Shown here one piece after another: positions 50,900 through 61,400 of a stretch of 64,000 nucleotides of DNA (positions are counted from its first letter, which is position 1; every line of letters begins with the position of its first letter). The stretch lies in contig CAWHAE010000020.1 in the NCBI GenBank assembly GCA_963827235.1, positions 1 through 64,000 on the forward strand, read 5' to 3'. The notes under the pieces are model-generated. The model ran no database searches. It saw only the letters and a program-made list of their open reading frames with translations, and was not told the origin of the DNA. Position numbers and translations under genes: made by a program. Source of the stretch: an uncultured bacterium. Its GTDB lineage: Bacteria > Chloroflexota > UBA5177 > JANWHV01.

Positions 50900-52165
50900 T
50901 CAGGCGTCGGCGGAAGCCACCTCGCGAAGCACGATGGATGCGTTGTGGCCGCCGAGGCCGAACGAGTTCGAGAGCGTTGCGCGCACCCGCATGCGCCGCG
51001 CCTCATTGGGCACGTAGTCCAGGTCGAGCTCGGGATCCGGATCGTCGAGGTTGATCGTGGGTGGCACGATCTGGTCCCGGAGCGCGAGCGCGCACACTAC
51101 CGTCTCCACGGCACCCGATCCACCCATCATGTGGCCGGTCATGCTCTTGGTCGAGCCGATGGCCATGCGATAGGCGTGGTCGCCGAACACGGTCTTGATC
51201 GCCCGCGTCTCGGCGAGGTCGTTGACCGGGGTGCTTGTGCCGTGCGGGTTGACGTAGTCAACTTCTTCCGGCCGCATGCCCGCCTTGTCGAGCGCCCACT
51301 GCATGCAGCGAGCCGCGGCCACCGGATCTTCGGGCATGGCCGCCATGTCGAAGGCGTCGTTCGTGGCGGCATAGCCGGCCACCTCGCCGTAGACGCGCGC
51401 GCCGCGCTGCCGGGCATGATCAAGCGTTTCGAGAACCACGACCGCCGCGCCCTCCGAGAGCACAAAGCCGTCGCGGCGCTTGGTGAATGGCGAGGAGGCT
51501 CGCCACGGCTCCTCGTTGTTCCGAGCCAGGGCGCCCATCACGCCGAAACCCGCCACGAACAGAGGGTGGATGGGTGCCTCGGCGCCGCCGGCGAGCATGA
51601 TCTCGGCGTCGCCTCGCGCGATCAGCGCGGCGGCCTCCCCGACTGCCTGCGTGCCGGTGGCACACGCCGAGACCACGGCCATGTTGGGCCCTTGCAGACC
51701 CAGCTTGATCGCCACCTGGCCCGCCGGCGAATCGACAAGCATGTTCTGAATGAAGAACGGGCTCAGCCGGCGCGGACCTCGCTCGAGAAACACGCGATAT
51801 TGCTCGAGCGCGGTTTGAATGCCGCCGGCCGCGGAGCCGATGACAACGCCTACTCTGGCCGCATCAAATGTCTGCGGGGAGAGCTCGGCGTCCCGCACGG
51901 CCTCGAGTGAGGCGGCAATCGCGAGCTGCGTGCAGCGATCCATGCGGCGCACTTCCTTGGCGTCGCCGATGGTCGAAGGATCGAAACCCTTCACCTCGCC
52001 GGCAATCTGGACCGCGTACGGGCTGGCGTCGAAGTGCGTGATTCGGGCAACACCCGACTGGCCGGCCAGGAGCGCTCTCCAGGCTGCTTCCACGCCGATA
52101 CCGACCGGGCACAGGATGCCTAGTCCGGTGATGACGACCGGATTCGTCGACTGTCTCTGCATCAT
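50900..52165 (-). CDS. fabF: 3-oxoacyl-ACP synthase II
   Basis: VVITGLG, SACATG, RDGFVLSEGA, HGTSTPVND, KSMTGH, SNSFGLGG. Confidence 0.95.
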   Translation of the reverse strand: MMQRQSTNPVVITGLGILCPVGIGVEAAWRALLAGQSGVARITHFDASPYAVQIAGEVKGFDPSTIGDAKEVRRMDRCTQLAIAASLEAVRDAELSPQTFDAARVGVVIGSAAGGIQTALEQYRVFLERGPRRLSPFFIQNMLVDSPAGQVAIKLGLQGPNMAVVSACATGTQAVGEAAALIARGDAEIMLAGGAEAPIHPLFVAGFGVMGALARNNEEPWRASSPFTKRRDGFVLSEGAAVVVLETLDHARQRGARVYGEVAGYAATNDAFDMAAMPEDPVAAARCMQWALDKAGMRPEEVDYVNPHGTSTPVNDLAETRAIKTVFGDHAYRMAIGSTKSMTGHMMGGSGAVETVVCALALRDQIVPPTINLDDPDPELDLDYVPNEARRMRVRATLSNSFGLGGHNASIVLREVASADA

Positions 52166-53148
52166 ACCGGCGTCGATATCGCGTTGATGTCGACGTCGCG
52201 ACACGTCGCCACTTGCGCCGAATCGTCGATGCGCTTGATCAGGCCGGACAATACGTTCCCGGGACCGATCTCCAGAAAAGTCCGCCCGCCGAGGTTCCTC
52301 ATCTCGAGCACGGAACGCGTCCACTGCACCGGTTTGCAGAGCTGCTCTCCAAGCTCGCGCTTCACGTCGGCAGCAGACTGCAGCACCTGCCCCGTGATGT
52401 TTGCCACGATGGGGATGTGCGGCTCGCGCAAATTGATACCAGCCAGTTTCTCGGACAACTGGGCGGCCGCCTGCTGCATGAGCGGCGAGTGAGAGGCGAT
52501 ACTGATTTTCAGCCTGGCTACCCTGCGTGCGCCCTCCTGCCGTGCCAGCTCCATGGCGCGCATCAGCGCACCGACTTCGCCCGAGATCACGGTCTGTAGC
52601 GGGCTGTTCATGTTGGCAAGCACGATCTCGCCCAGCTCCCGCGCGCGATGCACGACCGACTCCAGGGTCACCATGTCCAGCCCGATCACCGCTGCCATGC
52701 CACCCGGAGCCTTCACGCTGGACTCCTCCATCAGCCGCCCGCGCTCTCGAACGAGCTCAAGCGCGTCGGGGAAGTCCAGGACGTCGGCGGCGACCAGGGC
52801 CGAATACTCGCCCATGCTGTGACCGGCCACAAAGGCAGGATTCAGCCTGCGCCCGAGCTTGGCCGCGCGCTCGCGCAATGCCGCGAGGTAGGCGATGCTG
52901 ACTGTCAGTACGCTCGGCTGCTGGTTGAACGTGCGCTCCAGATCCTCCTCGGGCCCCTCGAAGCAGAGCTTACTGATCGACGTGTTGAGCACATCATCCG
53001 CCTGGTCGAATATGGCGCGCGCGGCCGCCGACTCTTCGTATAGCTCACGGCCCATACCGACGAATTGGGAGCCTTGTCCAGGAAACACGAACACGGCCCG
53101 ATCGTCGTCCCGGCGAGAGCCGCTTGGGCGCAAGCTAGGCGTCATCAT
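52162..53148 (-). CDS. fabD: Malonyl-CoA:ACP transacylase
   Basis: FPGQGSQ, AGHSMGEY, SHSPLM, EIGPG. Confidence 0.96.
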   Translation of the reverse strand: MMTPSLRPSGSRRDDDRAVFVFPGQGSQFVGMGRELYEESAAARAIFDQADDVLNTSISKLCFEGPEEDLERTFNQQPSVLTVSIAYLAALRERAAKLGRRLNPAFVAGHSMGEYSALVAADVLDFPDALELVRERGRLMEESSVKAPGGMAAVIGLDMVTLESVVHRARELGEIVLANMNSPLQTVISGEVGALMRAMELARQEGARRVARLKISIASHSPLMQQAAAQLSEKLAGINLREPHIPIVANITGQVLQSAADVKRELGEQLCKPVQWTRSVLEMRNLGGRTFLEIGPGNVLSGLIKRIDDSAQVATCRDVDINAISTPV

Positions 53149-53900
53149 GCGGTCACAAACCCTCCATCTACATTGAGCACCTGGCCAGTGATGTAGCGAG
53201 ACGCGTCGGACGCCAGGAACACCACCACCTCGGCAACATCCTCGGGCGTGCCGAAGCGGCCGGCAGGTATGGCATCGAGAACGCGCGCCTTGAGCTCTGC
53301 CGGCAGACCCACGTTGATGTCAGTCGCTATATAGCCCGGTGCAACGGCGTTGACTGTGATTCCTCGATTGGCTACCTCGCGCGCCACCGCGCGCGTGAAG
53401 CCTATCATCCCGGCCTTGGCCGCCGCGTAGTTCGCTTGGCCCGGATTGCCAACCAGCCCTATGACCGAGGATATGTTGATCACGCGGCCCCAGCGCGCCT
53501 TGATCATTGCGCGCATAGCCGCTTTCGTGCACATGAATGCACTGCGCAGGTTCGTGTCGAGCACCCGGTCCCAATCGTCGTCGGACAGCCGCACCAGCAG
53601 GGCGTCGTGCGTTATGCCCGCGTTGTTGACCAGGATCTCCACGGGACCGAGTGCCTCTTGTGCCTGGCGGAACAAGGAATCCACGTCTTCCCGCTTTGCA
53701 ACATCGGCCCCAACGGCAACGGCATGACCGCCGGCAGCGCGCACAGTAGCCACGACCTCTTCGGCGGCCTCGGCTTGCGCCCGGTAATTCACGCAGACCG
53801 CACAACCGGCCGCGCCAAGCGCAATCGCGGTCGCACGTCCAATACCTCGAGAGCCACCCGTCACCACGGCTACACGCCGTGAACTCGCCGTATCCGTCAT
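53145..53900 (-). CDS. fabG: 3-oxoacyl-ACP reductase
   Basis: TGGSRGIG, NNAGITHD, GNPGQANYAAAKAG. Confidence 0.95.
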   Translation of the reverse strand: MTDTASSRRVAVVTGGSRGIGRATAIALGAAGCAVCVNYRAQAEAAEEVVATVRAAGGHAVAVGADVAKREDVDSLFRQAQEALGPVEILVNNAGITHDALLVRLSDDDWDRVLDTNLRSAFMCTKAAMRAMIKARWGRVINISSVIGLVGNPGQANYAAAKAGMIGFTRAVAREVANRGITVNAVAPGYIATDINVGLPAELKARVLDAIPAGRFGTPEDVAEVVVFLASDASRYITGQVLNVDGGFVTA

Positions 53901-54221
53901 CGTGCGCTCACTGGCCCTTCAGAACCAACCTGAAGTATCCCACGCTTTGCGCCACTCGACAATGTAGCGCGGCACGAGCATCCAGTGCAGCGGTCCGGAG
54001 AACCGCGTCGCGCCCCGACTTGCCCGGGCCCCGTTCCCTGCATGGACACCGGTGGAAGGCTTCGTCGTACAGTCTACCGCGGATACTGCCAGGGCAGAAG
54101 CGCCCTCAGGTACCGGCGCGGTACGCATCGCGCGCGAGCAGTGACCTGCCCCAGCAAGGCGGAGTTCGACCGTGAGCACGTGCTGCGGGCCGCGATGGCG
54201 TAACTCCGAGCGTCGTGAGAT

Positions 54222-54896
54222 CTAGCGTTCAGATGCCGGATCGTCCCCGGCCAGAATCCGGTAGAGCTGCTTACGCGTGGACGTCAGCAGATCGCGCGCG
54301 GTAGCGATCTGAGCCGGTGTACCGGCGTGCGCAACCTGCCGGACTGCGACACCGACCTGCATCACCAGATCGTGCAGTGCAATGACGCCGCCGTCGACGT
54401 GCCCCGTCACGGCGTCGCGGGCAGCGATCAGCTCGGCGCGGCGCTCCTCAACGTATGCTCGACCGGTATCGGTCAGGTGGAACACCCTGCGCCCGTCCGT
54501 TTGCTCCGCGCGCACCAGCCCCTCGTCTTCGAGTTGCTGAAGGGCCGGGTAGACGGAACCGGCGCTCGGCCGCCAAACCCCGCCGCTGTTCTCCGCGATG
54601 TCCTGAATGACCTGGTAGCCGTGCATCGGTTTCTCCGCCAGCAGCAACAGCGTGGCAGCGCGAACGTCACCGCGACCTACCCGTGGGCCGCCCCTGCCGC
54701 CGAAGTGCCGATGCCTGCCGAAGCCTTCCGGTCCGCCAAAGTGGAAGCCCATGCCGCGCGGCGGCACACCGGGTGGCATCTCATCGGGTGGGAAGGGCGG
54801 CTCGACTTCCGGGCCGCGGCCATGCCGCTCGAAATGATGCATCCGCTCCCTGATATGCCTGTGTCCAAACCCGTGCATTGTCTCGTCGCTTTCCAT
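54222..54896 (-). CDS. PadR family regulator
   Basis: RGDVRAA.L.LL.E.PMHGYQVI...W.PS.GSVYP.LQQLEDEG, RKQLY.ILA; His/Gly/Pro-rich N-terminus. Confidence 0.92.
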   Translation of the reverse strand: MESDETMHGFGHRHIRERMHHFERHGRGPEVEPPFPPDEMPPGVPPRGMGFHFGGPEGFGRHRHFGGRGGPRVGRGDVRAATLLLLAEKPMHGYQVIQDIAENSGGVWRPSAGSVYPALQQLEDEGLVRAEQTDGRRVFHLTDTGRAYVEERRAELIAARDAVTGHVDGGVIALHDLVMQVGVAVRQVAHAGTPAQIATARDLLTSTRKQLYRILAGDDPASER

Positions 54897-54926
54897 TACC
54901 TTACTCCTCAATCGAGCACTATGTAT

Positions 54927-54970
54927 TATCTCGATATATCTATGATATGCCTAGACCGCTCAAGTGTCAA
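54927..54970 (-). promoter_or_regulatory. Promoter and palindromic operator of the PadR gene
   Basis: On minus: TTGACA 54970-54965, 17 bp, TATCAT 54947-54942. GATATATC-centred palindrome. Confidence 0.65.
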
Positions 54971-55262
54971 GTGCCCTCGGCGCGTTGTCCTCAGGCCGCT
55001 ACTGAAGATCGGACACTTTGTGCCGATAGTGTTCTCTAGCAGGCATTCGCCTCGCTCGGGTCGACAGAGGCTCCTTTTCCCGCGATGCCTTTCGCCACGC
55101 GGTGGGGCTGGCGATCGGTTCGAGGGTGGGCGCGCCAGGCCGGCACCTGGGCGCCCACCCTGTCGGATAGCGCCGGGCCGGACCGCCGACCGGCGGGCAG
55201 TGCGACCGCTGGCGAAGCGGCCGGTGAGCAGAGGCCACGCCGTGAAACCGCGGCACGTTGGC

Positions 55263-56519
55263 CTAGCGTTGCCTGGTGGCAGTAGCGTGCGGGCGGCGCG
55301 TGGATGACCTTGTGGGTTGTCGAGTAGCGGTCGGGCTATTCGACGGCGCAGGCGTGCTGGTGGCCGTGGCGGTCGCCGTAGCCGTGGGGATAGGTGTAAA
55401 CGTGAGCGTCGGTGCCAGATATGGGGTCGGGAGCACAGCGCCTGGAGCCATGGCCACGACCGTGAACGGGAACGACTGCCCGACGAGATCTCCCGCCATG
55501 TCGGAGAGCTGCCAATCCGTATTGATCACCTGGCCCGTGTTGAGCGCCGGTAGGAACAAGGGAATGCTTATCGATCCGCCGGGCCCGACATCGGGCACGT
55601 TGTACGCGGTGGGCAGTTTGAGTGCCAGGTAGGCGTCACCCGCGGTCAGGCGCAGACTGAAGCGGCCGTTCCAGGTAGTCGTGCCGGTGTTCCTGATCTT
55701 CAGCGTGGCGATCGCCGGCTCGCCGGCATGCACGAAGACCGTCTCGCCTTCGGCCGGCGCTACGTCGCTTCTGACCCCCGCGGCTATCTGCTGCCTCAGC
55801 CTGGGCAGCAGCTCGTACACATTTATGCCCGGGCACTCCGTGAAGTTGAAGTCACGGTGCCCGCCGATCTCTGGATAGACTGCCCCGTCCTCCGCGAACG
55901 AGGATCCCGGATCGATGCCGTATCGGTTCGATAGCATAGTGAGCAGTCGCCGAAGCGATTCCAGCATGGCTTTCGATGGCTTGGAGACGGAGTAATCGCC
56001 CATCAGTGCGATGCCGATAGACCCATAGTTGAAGTGCTGGGTGTGCGCGCCTACCACGTTGTCGCCTCCGGCACGGCCTTCGTACACATTGCCCTGCGGA
56101 TCGATCAGGTAGTTGTAGCCGATGTCGCCCCAGCCCAGGCTGAACGTGTGATACGCCCAAATGGTGGTCATGTCGCCCAACGGACCGTTCGCGCCGCCCT
56201 CGGCCGCGGTGTGGTGAATGATCACGTGGAATGGCCGCTGGAACATGGGAACCCACCGCGGGCTGCTCTCGCCGTCGCCCGATCCCCACTGATCCCGCGT
56301 TATCACGCGAATCCCGCCAACGTCGAGCGTGCCGGCTAGCCGTGCCGGCCCGCCATGCACGATCGCCGGGACTGGGCAGCATGCGGCGAGCACTGCGACC
56401 ATGAGGAGGAACACGCGGACGAAACAGCGGCGGCCAGGCGCTCCGGCGGCGGGCATCGGCTGCGGGCTGGTCATGGCGCGGACGATGCCTTCGTGCTTGC
56501 CGATCGTCGCCTGCGCCAA
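55263..56519 (-). CDS. N-acetylmuramoyl-L-alanine amidase (Amidase_2/PGRP-like) + NBR1-like Ig domain + Thr/Pro tail
   Basis: IIHHTA, WGDIGYNYLID..G.VYEGR, GAH...N..SIGI, GHRD...TECPG; IRNTGTTTW...V.PG...WQL. Start uncertain. Confidence 0.88.
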   Translation of the reverse strand: MAQATIGKHEGIVRAMTSPQPMPAAGAPGRRCFVRVFLLMVAVLAACCPVPAIVHGGPARLAGTLDVGGIRVITRDQWGSGDGESSPRWVPMFQRPFHVIIHHTAAEGGANGPLGDMTTIWAYHTFSLGWGDIGYNYLIDPQGNVYEGRAGGDNVVGAHTQHFNYGSIGIALMGDYSVSKPSKAMLESLRRLLTMLSNRYGIDPGSSFAEDGAVYPEIGGHRDFNFTECPGINVYELLPRLRQQIAAGVRSDVAPAEGETVFVHAGEPAIATLKIRNTGTTTWNGRFSLRLTAGDAYLALKLPTAYNVPDVGPGGSISIPLFLPALNTGQVINTDWQLSDMAGDLVGQSFPFTVVAMAPGAVLPTPYLAPTLTFTPIPTATATATATSTPAPSNSPTATRQPTRSSTRRPHATATRQR

Positions 56520-56754
56520 AGCGCTTCACCAAACCCATAGGCCTCGTCGCCCACTTGCCCGGCGGAGCGTACTCTCGCCGCGGCAGAGGAACTGCAAGGC
56601 ATAATCAGGAGCGCACGCTCGATTGCCTGCGCGTGCATGCAGTATAAACCTTCCCCGGTTCCGCTGGCCGTGTTCGCCAGGATGTGCCATGATGGGGCCG
56701 ATTGGGTTGTCGCCTTGGCGCAACCGCGAACGGAGTTCACAGCTGGAATGTGCA

Positions 56755-58239
56755 ATGGCAGGAAACATCACGCCCGAGTGGGTGCGGCACGCCGTGTTCT
56801 ATCAGATTTTCCCCGATCGCTTCGCCAGGAGTGCCAGGCTGGCTAAGCCGGCCAATCTGGAGCCGTGGGACGAGGAGCCCACCATGTACGGCTACAAGGG
56901 CGGGGATCTGTACGGCGTGGTCGAGAAGCTCGATTACATCCAGGATCTTGGCGTTACAGCGCTCTACTTCAATCCTATCTTCCAGTCGGCTTCAAATCAC
57001 CGCTATCACACGCACGACTACTATAGGGTCGATCCGCTGCTGGGCGGGGATGCGGCTTTCGAAGCGCTCTTGCGGGAGTGCAAGCGCCGCGGTATACGGG
57101 TCATGCTCGACGGCGTTTTCAATCACGCCAGCCGGGGATTCTTCCGCTTCAACGACGTGTTGGAGAGTGGCGCGGCGTCACCTTGGTTGGACTGGTTCAT
57201 TGTGCACGGCCATCCCGCCAACGCCTACGACTCCGGCAGGGTACCAGGTTACGTGGCATGGGCCGGGATGCACGCCCTGCCGAAACTGAATACCGACAAT
57301 CCAGCCGTGCGGGAATACATCATGCAGGTGGCAGAGTACTGGCTGCGACGCGGCATCGACGGCTGGCGCCTGGACGTGCCCCTGGAGATCACTTCACCAG
57401 GTTTCTGGCAGGAGTTCAGACAGAGGATCAAGGGCATCAACCCAGAGGCGTATATCGTGGCCGAGATCTGGCAGCGTGCTCCCGAGCACCTGCGTGGAGA
57501 CACGTTCGACGCCACCATGAACTACCCATTTGCCGAGGCCGTGATTGCCTTCACGGCGGGGGCGCGCGTGCAGCCCGAGATGGTCGGGCGGCGAGGATAC
57601 CGGCCCTACCCGCCGCTCACCGGCGTTGAGTATGGCCGGCAGGTCGACGCGCTGTTGGCGCTGTACCCCTGGACCGTGGAGCTCGCGCAGTACAACCTGC
57701 TCGACAGCCACGATACGACTCGCTTCTTGAGCCTGGCGGGCGGTGATGTGGACAGCCTCAAGCTGGCCATGCTGCTCCTGTGTACGTACCCCGGCGCGCC
57801 CTCCATCTACTATGGCGACGAGATCGGCCTGGCAGGCGGTCCCACCGATCCCCTTGCGCGCCGGGCCTTCCCGTGGGATCGTCCGCGGACCTGGAACCAT
57901 GCTCTGCTGCAATACACGAAGGACGTGATCGGTCTTCGCCGGCGGCACGTGGCCCTTCGCACGGGCGCGTACCACTCGCTGGCGGCAGACGAGACCACTT
58001 ACGCTTTCGCGCGTGTGCCGGAGTCGGGCACGGCGCCGGATCAGATGCCGATCGTTGTGGCGGTCAACGCCGGCGAGTCGCCGCAGACAATCACGCTCGC
58101 GCTAGGCTCACTCCCCGTGCCATCCGCCACTCCGCGCGTGATATTTGGCGCGGGCGAGGTCAAGTCCAGTGCCGGGCCGGCCGCGATGGTGGGGATCTCG
58201 GCTCGCAGTGCGGTCGTGATCGAGATGGTGCCGGCATAG
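56755..58239 (+). CDS. GH13 neopullulanase/cyclomaltodextrinase
   Basis: PEWV..AVFYQIFPDRF, GGDL.G, DGVFNH, GIDGWRLDV, EIW, LLDSHD, IYYGDE. Confidence 0.94.
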   Translation: MAGNITPEWVRHAVFYQIFPDRFARSARLAKPANLEPWDEEPTMYGYKGGDLYGVVEKLDYIQDLGVTALYFNPIFQSASNHRYHTHDYYRVDPLLGGDAAFEALLRECKRRGIRVMLDGVFNHASRGFFRFNDVLESGAASPWLDWFIVHGHPANAYDSGRVPGYVAWAGMHALPKLNTDNPAVREYIMQVAEYWLRRGIDGWRLDVPLEITSPGFWQEFRQRIKGINPEAYIVAEIWQRAPEHLRGDTFDATMNYPFAEAVIAFTAGARVQPEMVGRRGYRPYPPLTGVEYGRQVDALLALYPWTVELAQYNLLDSHDTTRFLSLAGGDVDSLKLAMLLLCTYPGAPSIYYGDEIGLAGGPTDPLARRAFPWDRPRTWNHALLQYTKDVIGLRRRHVALRTGAYHSLAADETTYAFARVPESGTAPDQMPIVVAVNAGESPQTITLALGSLPVPSATPRVIFGAGEVKSSAGPAAMVGISARSAVVIEMVPA

Positions 58240-58446
58240 CGGTATCGCGCCGCTCTCTCCGCGCAAAGCAGTGCCGGCTTTGCCGGCATGTTGCAGCCGG
58301 CCCCGGTTCGGCCACGGGGATGAACGCGGGGCCGTCACCGTCCACACGAGACGACCGGGCAGTGCCTGCCGCAAGCAAGGAGAAGCAGCTGACGACGCAT
58401 GGCGACGCTCGCTGTCCGCCCTGGCCGGCCCGCGCGTTGCGGGTTG

Positions 58447-61400
58447 CTACGGCTCGGCGCGCGGCGCGGCGTGAGCCGACCCGAGGGCGATTGCCTGCTC
58501 CAGCGCGAGCCTGCTTCCTTCGCGGCGAGCCCTGGCATAGCCGCCATCGCCCAGGGCAGCCAGGGATGCTTCTGCGGCGCGCGCCAGCCCCGTCCATTCT
58601 GAGCCCACGGCGGGTATTTCCAGGGCGTGACATTGCTCGGTTACCACGCCGCACAGCCGGGCTACTCGTTCCATCTGGCCCAGGGCGCTCAATGCCTCGG
58701 CCGAGACCACCAGGGATACGAGGACGTTCCGCGTGTCGCCGCTCTGGAAAAATAGCTCGGCGCTTCGGCCCATGAGGTCGAGCGAGCGAGCGTACTGTCC
58801 GCTGCGAAAGGCGACGTCGCCGAGGTTGTTCAAGGCATGCGCCAACTCACTCGCCGCGCCGGCCTGTCTTGCATACTCCGCGCTGAGCTCCAGCGTCTGC
58901 GTAGCCCGGTCCATGTCACCGAGCTCTCTCAGCGCCGCGCCCATGTTTGATAGCGTCATGGCGAGAGACACTACCTCGCCCGAGGCGAGAAAGACCTCGC
59001 GGGCGTCGCAATACATCTCGACGGCTCGGCGATACTCGGCACGGAAATAGGCGACGTTGCCCAGATTGCAGAGCATGGCGGCGATCCTGCGCTGGTTCCC
59101 CAGCTGCCTGTAAAGAACAAGCGCTTCCGAGTAGCGTTCGCTTGCCGAATCCAAGTCTTCCTTATCACTGGCGATCATACCCAGCACGTTCAGCGCGTCC
59201 GCCATTCCCTCGAGACCGCCCAGCGTCTTGCACAGGGCAAGACCCCGCTTCGCGCGCCGCGCCGCATGGCTGTAGTTGTTGAGCCCATACGCGAGCACGG
59301 CGCTGTCGACCAGGGCGCCGGCCCGTATTGCCGGGGCTACCTCGGCGCTTACCGCATGTTCCAGAAGAGCGTCGAGCCATTCCAGCCCTTCGCGCCCATA
59401 GCCGCGCACGTCCCAGAAACGGCGCAGTGCGCATGCAAGCCTCAAGCCGCTTTCGAGATTCCTGCGGTCGACGGACCAGCGCAGGGCTGACCGGCAGTTA
59501 TCGTGCTCACTCTCTAGCCGGTTCATCCAAGCGTCGCGCTCCGGCCCGCCCCAGAGCGCCGGCTGCGCGCTCTCCGCCAGCTCGACGCACCAGGCCAGAT
59601 GGCGATCCCTGACCTGCCGCACCTCGGCGGCAGCCTGCAGAGCCTCGGCAGCGTACTGGCGAACCGGTTCCAGTAACGCGTAGCGCGTCTCTCCACCGTA
59701 GCCATGCATCTGCACCAGCGACTTACCCACCAGGCTGCTCACTGCCTCGACGAAGTCATCGCGATAGGGCGCCGCCGGACGCTCCTCGTGAACGGAGGAG
59801 CCGCCGAGCTCGCAGACCTTCTGGGAGGCATCGATGGTCCAGCCGCCGGAGAAGGCCGCGAGCCGGCGCAACACGGCACGCTCGCGGTCACTGAGCAGCG
59901 CGTAGCTCCAATCGATCGTGGCGCGCAGGGTGCGCTGACGCGGAAGTGTCACACGGGGGCCGCCAGCCAGCACGCCGAGACAGTCGTCCAGCCGGGCCGC
60001 CAGTGTTTGCAGCGGCAGCGTGCTCACGCGCGCCGCCGCCAGCTCGATGGCCAGAGGTATGCCGTCGAGCCGCCGGCATATCTGAGCCACGACGGGAGTC
60101 ACCGCCGGGGACGACATGTCTAGCGTCGATACGGAGCGAGCTCGATCCACGAAGAGCGCTACTGCGTCGTAGCTTGTCAGAGCGTTGACCGGGGCGGCAG
60201 GGGACGGTACGGCTAGCGAGGCGACGTGGTGGAGGACCTCGCCGGGCACACCTAACCGCTCTCGAGAGGTGGCCAGGATACGCAGGCGAGAGGCTGCTGA
60301 CAGAAGAGCCGCCGCCAACGAAGCGCAGGCAGTCGACAGGTGCTCGCAGTTGTCGACAAGCAACAGGAGGCTGCGAGGGGCCAGGAATGCGGCGAGCGTG
60401 GCGGACATAGCACGTCCCCTTTCCTCCTGGACCCCCAGAGCGGTCGCTATGGCGCGAGCGACCCTGACGCTGCTGTCGCCGCCGGCGGGCGTGGCGTCTA
60501 GTGGTATGAGCCATACTCCATCGGGATAGGCGTCGACGAGCGAATCGGCCACCTGAACTGCCAGGCGCGTCTTGCCACAGCCACCTGCCCCGGTCAGCGT
60601 GACGAGCCTGGCACGCGATAGAAGCTGAAGCACGTCCTCCCGGTCACGAGTTCTTCCTACGAAGCTGGTAAGAGGCAGGATTAGGTTCGTGCGCCGCGCA
60701 GGCGCTGTTGCCGGTGGCTGCTGGCCCGCCGCGGTCGGCGCCACCTGCTGGGTGAGCACCTGAGCGCGCAGCGCTGCCAGGTCGGCCGACGGCGCTACGC
60801 CGAGATCGTGGTCGAGAGCGGTGGCCAGATCGTTGTAGGCGCGAAGCGCGTCCGCTCGCCGTCCGGACGCGATCAGCAGGGTCATCAACTGGGCAGTGGC
60901 GTCTTCATGGCTCGGGTCCTGGAGCAGGGCCTGGCGCAGGCAGTGCTCCGCTTCGGTTAGTCCGCCCACCGCTCCGGAGAGAGCGGACAGATGCAGCAGC
61001 AACGCGAGTCGCAGGTCGCCCAGCATTCCGCGACGGGTAAGTGCCCATTCCTCATACGGATCGTCGGGCAGGTACTCTCCGAGATAGAGGGCCAACGCAT
61101 CACGGCACTGCTGCGGGTCATGAGCGGCCAGTGCACGGTGGGCGGCGTGCTCAAAGTCAAGTGCGTCGAGCCAGTGCGGGTCAGCCGGGGGGAGCAACCG
61201 GAGAACGTCGCCGTCCAGACTCACCACCGATCGGCTCGCCGAGCCGAGAAGCCGGCGCAGGGTGTAGAGCGCATTATGCAGGTTGTGCCGGGCTGCATCC
61301 CCGTCTGCTTCAGGCCAGAGAAGCTCTTCGGCTTGCTCGCGCGGCAGAGTGAATCCGCTCGCTCCGAGCAGCACCTTGAACAGACCGCCGGCCCTCCGAG

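Noticed and set aside
50900-53900. Type II PKS cluster
   Set aside because: No chain-length factor, ACP, cyclase or tailoring genes; motifs are ordinary FAS II.
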